Assembly (NCBI GenBank): GCA_013265495.1
Contig: MU058037.1
Location: forward strand, 1,365,498 to 1,429,497
Length of the DNA: 64,000 nucleotides
From: Vicugna vicugna
Lineage: Eukaryota
Direction: 5' to 3'
The notes under the pieces were generated by a model. It saw only the letters and a list, made by a program, of their open reading frames with translations, was not told the origin of the DNA and ran no database searches. Shown here in pieces: positions 24,823 to 36,050 of this stretch. The translations under genes and the position numbers were made by a program. The first letter of the stretch is position 1; the number at the start of each line of letters is the position of its first letter.

Positions 24823-26299
24823 CCTCCTCTTGGCTTCAACTAGTTCACTCTGGGTTTCTGTCACTTATGACCAAAGAAGTCCTGATGATGCAGCTCACCT
24901 CAGCTCTTCACACAGAGGCAGCCACATCCATGTTGGGCCAGCCCTGTGTACAAGGCACTGCTGCCAGGAGCACCTTCCCTGACATGCACAACACCAGTAG
25001 CTACTGAGGGGTCGCTGGGGGTGAAAAGACTGTGGCAAAATTTATGGGCTGACTGCAGGGCAAGGGGTCAAAAAAGGCTCATTGTTGTTCATCCATGGAG
25101 TGATGCCACCTCTTGTCTAGTGAAGAGCTCTGAGTACATGGATGCAGCCAAACATCTGGGGAAATATTAAGGTGTCAACTATATTCTCTTCCTCAGTGTG
25201 TAAGTAACTCACCTTCAGTGCCATATGACCTCAAAGCATGATGTCTAAACTGAATTTTGAAGACACAGTTCTTTTAAACAACACATGAACAGAACTTAAT
25301 GATGAACCCCAAACTGAGATGAGCCACAGTTACTTGTTGACCTCATAAGCTGCCAGAAAGTTGGTTTTCCTTTTGTTGACCTGAAATCAAGCATTTGGAA
25401 TGCATTCAGCTGCAGGGAACAGACACCCAACTTCAGGGGCTCATTCAGATCAGAGCTTCTTTGCCTCGTGTAACGAGAGGACTAGCAGTCGATGGTTGCT
25501 AGTGATAGGTCAGCAGATGACCGTGCTGTCAGGGACTCAGACATAGGGTCATTTTCATCCATCAGATGAATTATAAGTGAGCCCACTTTGTTTAATCCTT
25601 CTACTGATGGGACATTCTATATAAAAATAATTTTAGAGACAAGAGAAGTAAAAAAAAATTAAAAGTAGTGTTATAAATAATGAGCATGTGCTTTAGGATT
25701 TGGCAGTATTCTCTTTAAAAAGTGTTTTGTGTCATACCTGGTCCTGGCCTCTGTCATGCTTAAAACAGATTATTTTCTCTTTGTTTTGTTCTGTTGTCTC
25801 ATGTGCTCTAGGGCCAAAGTCATTGCCACGAGTAGAGGTGGTAGAGCAGAGAGTGCAAGGACTCTGAGCCCTGGGACCACACGAGTCTGTTGATCTGTGA
25901 CTGTTTTTGACCTACAAAAAGGAGGATGTAGTTCAATGTAATATTACAATTATCAACATTTGGTGACTATTTATTGAGTGCTGATTATGAAGTGACAGCC
26001 TCAGCTCCTAAGTGACCAAGCTAGGACTCAAACATTGTTTGGTGTCAGGGCCCCCTCGGTGCCAACACCACCTCTCTCCAATTTTTATTCAACACTCCTC
26101 GTCTTCTGGCCTCCACGTAATAAAGCTATAGAAACTTTCCCTACTTTTTGAACTTCACCGTGCCCCCTCAGAATCTGTGAGAAAATGCAGCCAAGCATCT
26201 TCTGGAAGATTAGGAGGGCAGGAAGATTCCACAGCCACCTTCCGGCTGATATTTGAGCCCTGCTTTCAGCACGGTCAAGCCTTTTGGAGGTGGCGTATG

Positions 26300-26445
26300 G
26301 CTTGTATCAAACTCTATATTTAGGAAGAACAACTGTGAGCTATGACAGGAATTCTCTTGAACACTTAGCCTTAAACCGAGTTCCCCTCCAGCCCCGAGCT
26401 GGGAGCAGCTCTCAATACTGGGTGAGGCGCCGAGCACTTGAGCTA
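26300..26445 (+). promoter_or_regulatory. SMPX: SMPX proximal promoter
   Basis: MEF2 consensus CTATATTTAG 26314-26323, E-box CAACTG 26330-26335, TATA-like TTAAA 26371-26375, NKX2-5-type site CACTTGA 26435-26441; lies at the start of exon 1. Confidence 0.7.
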
Positions 26446-26586
26446 TTTCAGCCACATGAAAAGCATCGGGACTGAGATCGCAGCTCAGAGGACACCGGGC
26501 GTCCCTTCCACTCACTGAGGAGCCTCGTATTCCGGCACCTGGCTGCCTGGGACTTTCCCTAGGCAGTAAACAAATATCTAAAGCAG
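26405..26586 (+). other. SMPX: SMPX exon 1 (5'UTR); start approximate
   Basis: Resembles the SMPX leader as recalled from other mammals (gagctatttcagccacatgaaaagcatcgg...ggcagtaaacaaata); strong donor CAG|GTAAGC at 26586/26587. Confidence 0.8.
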
Positions 26587-29500
26587 GTAAGCAGGAGGAC
26601 CCAGCTCGGACAACTGGGCTTTCTGATGGAAATTTTCTTGCTACCTAACTCAAAGTGGCTACTTACAACTTTCTAGGACTGTAACCAGTGGGTGTAGCTT
26701 CCCTGTAAATTCACTGTTCATTGGTGATGTTGCTGCTTCTGTTTTATAAACTGCTTGAGGGGGAGGTTGAAAAAATGCTGAACTAAAGGGAGTTTTCATT
26801 GATAGTGACTTTAAGAAAATTTCCACAGTCCAGATACGATGACTGTTACCCTGAACATTTATGTCACTTTGATTCTTATGGCAAGGGTGCCAGTTGGTCA
26901 CCTGCAGACTGATTCGGGTTGTAAGCTTAGAAATTATCAGGAGAATTTGGGGGCAGAGGAAAGCTATAATGCTAGCTCTTTGGCTTACCTAAGTGCAAAT
27001 TATTGCCAGAGCTGTTAACACAGCACAAGTTTAGAACACTTTTCTCCTCTCCCTAAGCGCCAGACTTAGCCTCAATGATAAAGTGCTATCAACATATAGA
27101 TCCATTAATACTCCAGACCCATCTTTTCAAAAGCCTGTGACTGCAGTGTTCCCCGTTCCCAGCAGGGTGGAGGGCAGCAGCCCTGCCTCCCTCTGTGTGG
27201 GCACCAGACTCTGATACATGGCAGTACTGAGTGCCTCTTCCCTCCCGGCATAGCTCAGGCAGAGTTGAATAGAGTTAGTTCCGACAGCTGAACATCTTTC
27301 TACACCCTTCTCAGGAATTATTTTTAGCTGCAGGACAGAAGATAATTCCCTTTGAGATTGAGCGGTAGCCATTTCATTGACCTTTAAAAAGAACAAACAA
27401 AGCCCCCTCTCTCTAGCTATCCATTTATTTTCCTCTGAATCCCTTCTCATTAAATTAGCGACATTAATGTTGACAAATTGTTAGTAAGTGAAAGAGTCTT
27501 ATTTAGAAGTCAGATATGAGACGCTGTCCAATCAACTACCAGCAGAGGTATAATGTACATGACTCAGCATACAGACCATTAAAGATCCCCACTGACTTGC
27601 AGAACTGCCAGGAAAACTCAGCTATGCTAAGCTGGCAAGCATTTCCATTACAGTATAGGCTTTGTAAAAGTCAATCTATGCCTGGTCAAACTTTCCATGT
27701 TTCTAAATTGTAGCCAGAACCAAGAGACACAGTAATAGAGTGCTTTAAAGAGTACCTCTCTGGATGAAAAGCTGTGGCCCCGGTGTGAGTGGAGTTGTGC
27801 ATCTAAGGCATAGCTTTCTTTTTTGGTCCAGGGACTGGGTGTGCAGATAAAGGAAGGTGCATTCTACACCCTGCATCCGTGATGGAGGTGAACGCAGGGC
27901 CAGGGAAACAGCCAGGGAACACTGTCTATTTTTATTCATCAGTGTGCTTTGCCCTGATTTCTCTCAGAATAATGAGGACAGCAGGAATGGCTGCAGAACT
28001 GATTTACGCAAATGTTATCTAGCCTGTTTGCAAGGAATGAGAGCTGGTATCTGACCAACTTTCTGGAGGTGTCTCTCTCGCAGGCTGACATACATGTTAA
28101 GAAGGAATTTGTACATAAATGAGATTATACCAAAGCTATACTGGAGACAAGGCCCAACTACCCATCTCTTAGGCTCAGAGGTCCACAAAATACAAAGCAA
28201 TCCAGTAGTTCAGTGAAAAAACAAAGTCAGTCTAATTTTACAAAAATCAGTGCAGTATAAACACAATCATTTATCGCCTGAGCTTTTGTTTTTTACATTT
28301 CAACTTGCTTTTGTAATGCCATAAGGAAATTCCTAATTTGCACGTTTTTAATCGATGTACAATATTTCTTTTAAGTTCCCAAGTCATATTAAACTTTAAT
28401 TGTACACATACAGTGAATACTATATGATGAGATATTAAAAGTCCTGTGAGACTCATTGTTTTGCATGACTTTTAATAGCTTTTGAGGAACAGAAACATTA
28501 AAAATTAAACTATGAAGCTTTTCCTTTTGCAACTGAGCTGTGTCCTAGATCCAAAAATTAAAAATCCTTCACTGACTCTTCGACACTGCAGGAAAGACAG
28601 TAACCTACTGGAAACATACCACAGAGCAAAATGCATTCTTGATTGTTCAATTTGTTAGTGCTTTTTCATTTTTTAATCATGTTGAAAATAATTCTACCCT
28701 TATGCACGGAGACTGTATTTCTATATTACTAAAATATTCAGGTGAAACTTAAAAAAAACCCATCGTTTTCATGTATGTGACTCCAAAGACTACATAGGTG
28801 GATACTAATTACAGAGATTTTATAAAATTATACATTTGTTCAACTTCATATAATAGAGCCTAAGACTTTAAAGATCTCAAAAAAAAAAGTTTTTCAGAGT
28901 TCTCAGATCTTTTATCTCTAAAGTATTGTGAGGCATTACTACATCAATTCTTACTCTGTACTGAGAGCTGTAGACCAGTATAATGACTAAAAAGTTACTA
29001 GCTAAAAGCAATGGCAATGAAATGATGAATATTTGCATCATGCTTTATAGTTCACAAGGAATTTGCAGGAACATTATGTAGTTTTAATTCTTACCACAAC
29101 CTGTGAAGCAGGTAACATTTAAGGAAGACGAAATGGGCCTAGAGATGTCGACAGACATACTCTAGATGGACTGACGCACATGGGACTTGTGACAAATGCC
29201 AACACTGCTCTGTCTGTTCATTTATCACCAGTTAGCTCACACTTCTACATCAGTCAAGAGAGGAAACCCTAGTCAACCCGGATTATAGTTTGGGTTTAAA
29301 AAGCAGCATGCTTTAAAAATATATATATAAATAAAGAAACCCCAGAAAACAAATCCCCAAAAAGCAGCATGCTTTTAATTCACTGAGTTTCAAACTTTTT
29401 CACTCGGTCCTGTTGACACGTAATAGGCCAAGCTATAGCAACCTGAGCCCCAGTAAACCACATCTCTAGTCAGCCGGCTCGAAGTCAGGTCTCACGAGCT

Positions 29501-30263
29501 GAAAGAAAGCAAAGGACCTTTGGGAACGAAGCACTGCTACATATTGGGGATCTGACATGGTCACATCAGTCCTATTTGCCTTCTGAGACGGTTCACTTAA
29601 AGAAAAGAAGACAGGGGAGGCTTGCCTGCCGGCTGCCTGGTTTACAGAGCCCAGGCTCTGGACACACGGAGCAGGGAGATGTGGCCACGTCCTCCCAGCG
29701 TCCCACAGGTCTCTGGGCAGAACAGACACATGCACAGCGAGCGGGCAGCATTGCACTAGCAGGAATGTGGTACAGACCCCCTCTCTTTGGGTGTTCGAAG
29801 GAGGAGAGGTGCTCCAGATGGACTGATGCACAGTCCAGGCAACAACTGAGATCAAAAGTTCAGTTTCGAGCGGAAAGCTTCTGAGGCCCCAAACAAAGGT
29901 GTTTTATTCCCACAACCTCTTTGCTTCGCTGCTCTTGGCAGGGGGGGAGGAGGGCAGGGCAGGAGATGATAGCGCCTTTCAAGTTTCTGATTGCCTATCG
30001 TTAGCATCAGGGGCGAGGCATCTCAGCATTTCTCCTCCTGAATGATTTATCCCGAGCTCTAGTGTTCCCTCTCCCTGAGCCTCTGGCAAGGAGTCTCTAA
30101 GTAACCGGAAACTGAGGCTGAAAGAATATATGGCCAGTGAAAGGGGTGACTGCCCAGTTGAATCAGGAGTTAAATTCTAATTTATCAAGACTGAGAATCA
30201 GAATGCCGCCACCTCTAACAGTTTCTTACTTGTTTTTTTAGGGATAAGAAAGACCGCACGAAT

Positions 30264-30302
30264 ATGTCGAAACAGCCAGTTTCCAATGTCAGAGCCATCC
30301 AG
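30264..30302 (+). CDS. SMPX: SMPX coding exon 2 (exon 30242-30302): MSKQPVSNVRAIQ
   Basis: Branch-like ctaac 30215-30219, pyrimidine tract, AG at 30240-30241; ATG at 30264; donor CAG|GTAAGT; peptide matches the SMPX N-terminus. Confidence 0.96.
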
Positions 30303-31052
30303 GTAAGTAGGCAGATTTGTGTTTTAACATCAGCTCTGCATCTTCTAGTCTGTTTAATAAATCAGACTTTTTGAGAATGTTCACTCCTAACTGATGATTA
30401 ACGTCAAGAAGGAAAGAAAGACTCGTGTAAGGTATAAGAGAGTATATAAGGCTGGTCAGGTACAACTAAGAAGGGAGGAGCTATTTTTGTGTCATTGTTC
30501 TGAATTGTAAGACAAAGTTTATGAATGAGAATTAAATGATCTTTTACAAAAATGTAGTGCGTATGCTTTCTGGTATGTTTTTTGAGACACAAGGTTTTGA
30601 TATGCTCGTGGATAAAAATTTAAAAATTCAATTTCCATTCTTATACCCCATTGAGTTTGGTGACTCATCTGTTTAGAACACATCTTTCTTTAAATAACAT
30701 CCTTGTCTTGACAAATGTTCTTCCCAAGGCTTGAGTATTTACCTTTTAAAGTCTGTATGCTATTATGTCTCCTCCCAGCAAACCAATTCCTCAGTTGTTT
30801 CAACTGACTAAAGTGTCACACACAAGAAGGAACACAAATACAATTCTGGGGAAAACTTTCAGTATTTGTTTTCACTCAGTACGTAATTTGTTCTTTCTCT
30901 TAAGGGCTCTGTGTTTATCTCTCAAGTGGCTCCCACACTGAGATGCTAGGCACAATGCTTTACTGTAAAATTGCATCTTTCCTTTTCATCAACATGGAGC
31001 CATCTGTACTTTCTCTAAAGGAACTTTTAACCTTTTTTTTTCCTGGACTTTT

Positions 31053-31132
31053 TTTTAATGGAGGTACTGGATTGAACCCAGGACCTCGTGCATGCTAAGC
31101 ATGTGCTCTACCACTGAGCTCTACCCTCTCCC
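31053..31132 (-). mobile_element. tRNA-Ala(AGC)-like SINE head plus A-tail, lacking the family 3' tail
   Basis: Minus strand GGGTAGAGCTCAGTGGTAGAGCACATGCTTAGCATGCACGAGGTCCTGGGTTCAATCCAGTACCTCCA-TTAAAA; TSD tttcctggactttt at 31039-31052 and 31133-31146. Confidence 0.88.
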
Positions 31133-31556
31133 TTTCCTGGACTTTTCTCAATACTGCAGAGCATATGGCAGTTCCCAAATATCTAGGGTCTGATGCACCA
31201 CCACAGCATAAACCTGTTCATAAACAACTGACCATATTTTGAAGGGGCATGCATGTGGTCTGGTTGTGGGGTGAGGAATCCTAGCACACATCGGTGGTGG
31301 AAGTGGGTGGAGGGACAGGTCTTTACCTCTCATGACTAACATAGAGCTGTAAATGGATGGGGTTCTTAAGTGGCAAAGATGTATAACAATCTCTGAAAAC
31401 CTTTCAGTGAACAAACCACCAAAAAAGGGACTACTGGCAAGGACTTATCTCTGCACTGCCACGTATGGCCCTCTGGTGTCCACCTAGTGAGTCTCTGAGG
31501 GACCCTGACGTTGGTAGTGGAATTCATTTTGCCTCCCAGACCTGTGGGCATCCTTG

Positions 31557-31690
31557 TATTGTTTGTTTTCTGAGGGGGAGGTAATTAGGTTTCTTCACCG
31601 ATTTCTGCTTGGAGGAGGTACCAGGGGTTGAACCTGGGACCTCCTGAGTGCTGAGCATGCGCTCTACCACCTGAGCTCTACCCTTCCGCT
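31557..31690 (-). mobile_element. tRNA-Ala-derived SINE (vic-1-like), full length
   Basis: Head plus the ggggaggtaattagg tail; perfect TSD ctgtgggcatccttg at 31542-31556 and 31691-31705. Confidence 0.88.
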
Positions 31691-31734
31691 CTGTGGGCAT
31701 CCTTGAGCCTTTGAACTTTCTCTTTTACCCAGTA

Positions 31735-31960
31735 TGTAGAGCTGTTAGTGGCATGGGCTGTGAAGCCAGATTACTGGAGTTTGAATCCTTAATCCATTTT
31801 GTACTAGTGTGAGATCATGGGAAAACTACTTCACCTACTTTCTCTCTCTGCCTCCGTTTCCACATCTGTAAAATGTGGATGGTACAAACCTCCTAGGGCT
31901 ACATGTATAAGATGCTTAAAACAGCACAGTGAGCCCTCATTAAGTGTCAAGCTGTTATTG
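31735..31960. mobile_element. MIR SINE
   Basis: gagtttgaatcct...ctctgcctccgtttccacatctgtaaaatg. Confidence 0.7.
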
Positions 31961-32817
31961 TAAAAATTATCATTCATGAATGCTCTATGTTAAAGTGATG
32001 AGAAATAATACCATTTCATCACTGCATTTGAAGCTCCCAAAGAGCTAAACATAAAATTTCCTTTTGATTTTGCAGGACACAAAAACATAGTCTTCTCTCA
32101 GGCTGCCTTTTCTTCTCTTCCTTTTAAAGCTGGAAGTGTATTACTTTTTCTTCCTTAGTGCTTCCTGGCCTTCCTCAAATCTACACTGAGAATCCATCAG
32201 TATTTTAGCTACTAATTTTGACCTTTATATTTTTAGGACTGTAATATTTAAAAAGCTGCTATTGACTGTTTTCAATAGCTGTTATTATACTGCATTTTTT
32301 AAAAAATCCATCCACTCTACCAACAAAGGCAATACAGTGCTTCCTTATGGATGTGGTATTGCCTCTTTCAATATGTTTTATGCCACACAGAAAGCCTAAT
32401 TTAATGTACCTTCAAATGAAAATATTATTTCTTGTAGCTAAATGGGATCTGCACTATCTGATATTTTCCTGTTACCTCTGCATTAACCTGAAGTACAGTC
32501 TATTTAAAAAATATGAAAATGGTTATGCTGCACAAAATGCTTTATGGTAGGAACATTATCTAGGGCACGGTCTTGTCAGAAACAAATAGAGACCCCAATT
32601 AATGAGAGAGTACCCTCGTTGTAGAATGCTACTTAAAGACCTTAAATGTTCTATTCAATACACTCTAGTCACTTCTTTTTATTAGAAACTTATCTCAAAT
32701 CCAGTTCAATGGTCATTTCCTGGGTGCATACTTTGCTCCAGGCAACATACTATGTGTAGGCTATGCAAAGATGAATTGATATCTGATCCATGAGTTTGAG
32801 GAGCTCATGGTTTCCCG

Positions 32818-32965
32818 GACTTACTATCTGTGTGATGTTGGGTAAGTTGTTTTTTCTCTGTGCCTCAGTTTCCTCATGAGGGTTAAATGAATGAATGCAT
32901 GTAAATGCTTAGGCCAGTGTCTGGCTTACTGGAATTGCTCAATAAACATTAGCCATTATCATCCA
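32818..32965. mobile_element. MIR SINE
   Basis: tgtgtgatgttgggtaagtt...ctctgtgcctcagtttcctcat...gctcaataaacattagc. Confidence 0.75.
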
Positions 32966-33809
32966 TTATCATCATCGTAATCCTCTGGTTCAACAGTGCC
33001 CAAAGTGTATCTCCTGGGATACTAGTTTGATGGGGTGTTGTTAATTAAAGGGCTCAGTGATAATAAGTGTTTGGGAAACACTACTACTAGGATCTTTACT
33101 GTAGGATTTCTCAGAGTCTATAACTTGCTAATGCCTTCATACATTTCCAAGCAGGCGGTGATATATGCAATGTTTTCTAACCATATTGGATCATTTAAAT
33201 GAGTATCTTGTAGGATAGTATTTTGCAGCACAGACTTCTAAAGGTAATGACTTAGATCTCTATTTTGTCTGGATTGAGTGAATTTAAGCCACTGTCAATC
33301 ATACTTCTAACAGTCAGGCATAGGTAGTTGAATTACTGCATCTATGTGCATCAGACAACATGGAGCCTAATGGTTACAAATCTCTACCCAGCCACTCACT
33401 TATCCTGTGACCTTGGTTCATCCTTAGTTTACCTTTCTGTAAAATGGGGACAATCATACTATTTATTAGGATTGTTACAATGAATACACAAAATCATGCA
33501 TGGCAAGTGCCTGGTTGACAGCACACAAAATCCTTAAGAGATGGTTCCATCTCCTCCGTGCCCCAGAATAAGAGGAAGGCCAGAACCAGACCTACCCTCA
33601 GAGGATGGACGGTTGCCTTTCACATTCACATTGAAGAAGAGATGGCCTTGGAATTGTAAAGGGGATTCTATCTAAGTCTATATTTCTTTTCACTTATATT
33701 AATGAAATCTCATTTATGCTAAGGGTATTAAAAATATCCTGAAGAAATCAGTTGCTCCTTCCATAGCTTGGAGAGGGCCTTTGTCTCCTAAGCAGCTAAG
33801 GCTCTATAC

Positions 33810-34033
33810 CAGAAGGTGGCCCACCTTTTTTGTAAAGGACCAGAGAGTAAATATTTTAAGATTTGCAGATGATTGGGTCTCTGTTGCAAGTACCCAACTC
33901 TGCAGTTACAGCACAAAAGCAGCCACAGGCGATACATAAATGAATGGGTGTGGCTGTGTGCCAATGAAACTTTATTTACAAAAACAGGTGGCAGGTTGAA
34001 TTTGGCCCATGGGCCATGGTTTGCTGACCCCAG
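33810..34033. mobile_element. MER58A-like hAT element
   Basis: Same motifs as 14939-15142; 8-bp TSD ctctatac / ttctgtac. Confidence 0.85.
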
Positions 34034-36006
34034 TTCTGTACTCTGAAGGCTGCTTGTTAAACCCCACTGTTGATAGGAATGGAGTTGCAACCAAGGTAAC
34101 ATCAGCACACTTGGCACAGTGGGTCTGATTCCTTCAGATGAAAGAATTTGACATGACAGGTGGTGGAGAAAGCTAGCATTGCTAGGAAATCTAATTCCAT
34201 CAGTGATCTGCTCAGTAAGTCTCTCTAATGAGACCAAGTGACTCTGGCCACTGACAGCACCAGCCTGTCCTTCCCCTTCCTCCTGAACACACCCCCTTTG
34301 GAAACTACCACAGGCCTCCCCAGAGCCAATGTTCTCTGGGTCATCACTGGCCCTTTCTCCCCACTGTTGATCAAAGTAAGCTGAGTATTATTTGTCCTCT
34401 CCCATGAGATCTGAGAGTTTCATGGTTGAATGGAAAAGAGCCCTGTGTCCTAGTCTTAGCTCTGCTCTGTGACTTCACCCCCTTGGTCCACGTGAGCTGC
34501 AAAGCACTGGGCAGGGGGAGTGTTGCATTAAATGATCTCTAAGCCTCTGTCCAGCTTCTAATAGTCTAGGAACTTCTTAAGAATAACTTCTAAGGTTTAT
34601 TATTAGGATGATAATAATAGTCACAGTTTCTTCAGGGTTTACTAGGCACTTGGCATAATGCAATGGGATTTCCATGGATTATAAAGAAGGCTTTGAAGAA
34701 GCCAAAGAACTCACCCAGGATCACACAGAATGTGAGTAGGAGAGTCAGGAACTGAACCTGACTTGCCTGATCCCAAAGCCCATGTTTGGAACCACTCTGC
34801 CATACTGTCTAGACTCATTATTTACCATCTCCACCACAGCATGGAGACTGGGGATGGAGGAGTGGGTGCAGACCCTCTAAAGGGTGATCGTAAGTACCAA
34901 GGCTACGTGAGGGACAATTACCATTTTATGGATGCTGGTTTTTCCCTTTTAAAGCCCTCAACCAACATTCAGAAAGGGTATCAGCATTTCAGCCAAGAAG
35001 CTAATAGCTTACACTGATTAAAGTCATCTTAAATGTAAGTTGGCTAGGAGTGAAAAGTACAAAGTAAAGTGACTCAGTGACAAACATGGTCTCAAAATAC
35101 AAATGACCATGGCCACTGACTCCTATTTCTCTGCTTAAGTGACTTAATCAAGCCACTTGTGAAACTAAACCTAACTCCTGTATCATCCATGTTAGAGGAA
35201 TGAATCTATGAGCCTTGCATCATTAGTGAGTACGTGGCTTCTTATTGTGGGAAGTTTCCATTGTTAACTAGTCCACGAGTAGAACAGAACATCTTGATGC
35301 CCCAAGTTTAAGTACTTCTTTCCCTTCCCTACCCGTTATATCATTGTTCCTCCGCCTTCCATTGCTCAGGGCATAAGGGCTCCATGGAAGAAGAAAACAG
35401 CCTGACAAAAATATTTACAGACAGGTGTTAGGGACTCTAACCCATTTAGAATTTCCAGTTTAAAAAAGATTTCAGGAATGACAATCCTTGGTACAAAGAA
35501 GAGACTATCACCACCCACAGTTAATCAAATACATTTATTAAAGTCAAAAATAATGGTGATAATGCCTTCCTTTACTATTTTATTTAAATTTAAAAGATAA
35601 AAAGTGAACTTTCTTTTGCTACATGCTTTTTCTTTGACCATGGGTCTACTGTTCCTTTCTTAGGTAAGCCACTATAATACACTGTTTATGATTTCCAATG
35701 CTGTTTCCTTTGAAGTCAGAACTTGACTCATAGCAGTCTGACTCTAGTGTTCCCTCCAGCTGGTGATCTTCACTGCTCCACCCAGGGCTCCATATTGGTG
35801 CTCTGAGGCAAGCAGTCCTATACTAAGAGATGTCATTTTTTGAGGCTGAAATTCACAAGTGCTTCAGAAATATAACTTGCCTCCAACCAATTGTACATAT
35901 TATCTTAATAGCTGTACAGGACATCCCTGAAAACTGCTTTTCCCTGGATGACAAGACTACAATTGAGTCATTCAGGAAATTATTGAAGAGAACAAAAAGT
36001 GTTGAG

Positions 36007-36010
<4 letters not shown>

Positions 36011-36046
<36 letters not shown>
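36011..36046. repeat. (GA)n microsatellite
   Basis: Direct reading of the GA run. Confidence 0.95.

Positions 36047-36050
<4 letters not shown>

Noticed and set aside
31053..31132. Functional tRNA-Ala gene
   Set aside because: Flanked by a TSD, followed by an A-tail rather than a T-run terminator, with a shortened T-stem and mismatched stems.
33788..34237. 149-aa ORF on the minus strand
   Set aside because: About half is translated MER58A; no protein family recognised.
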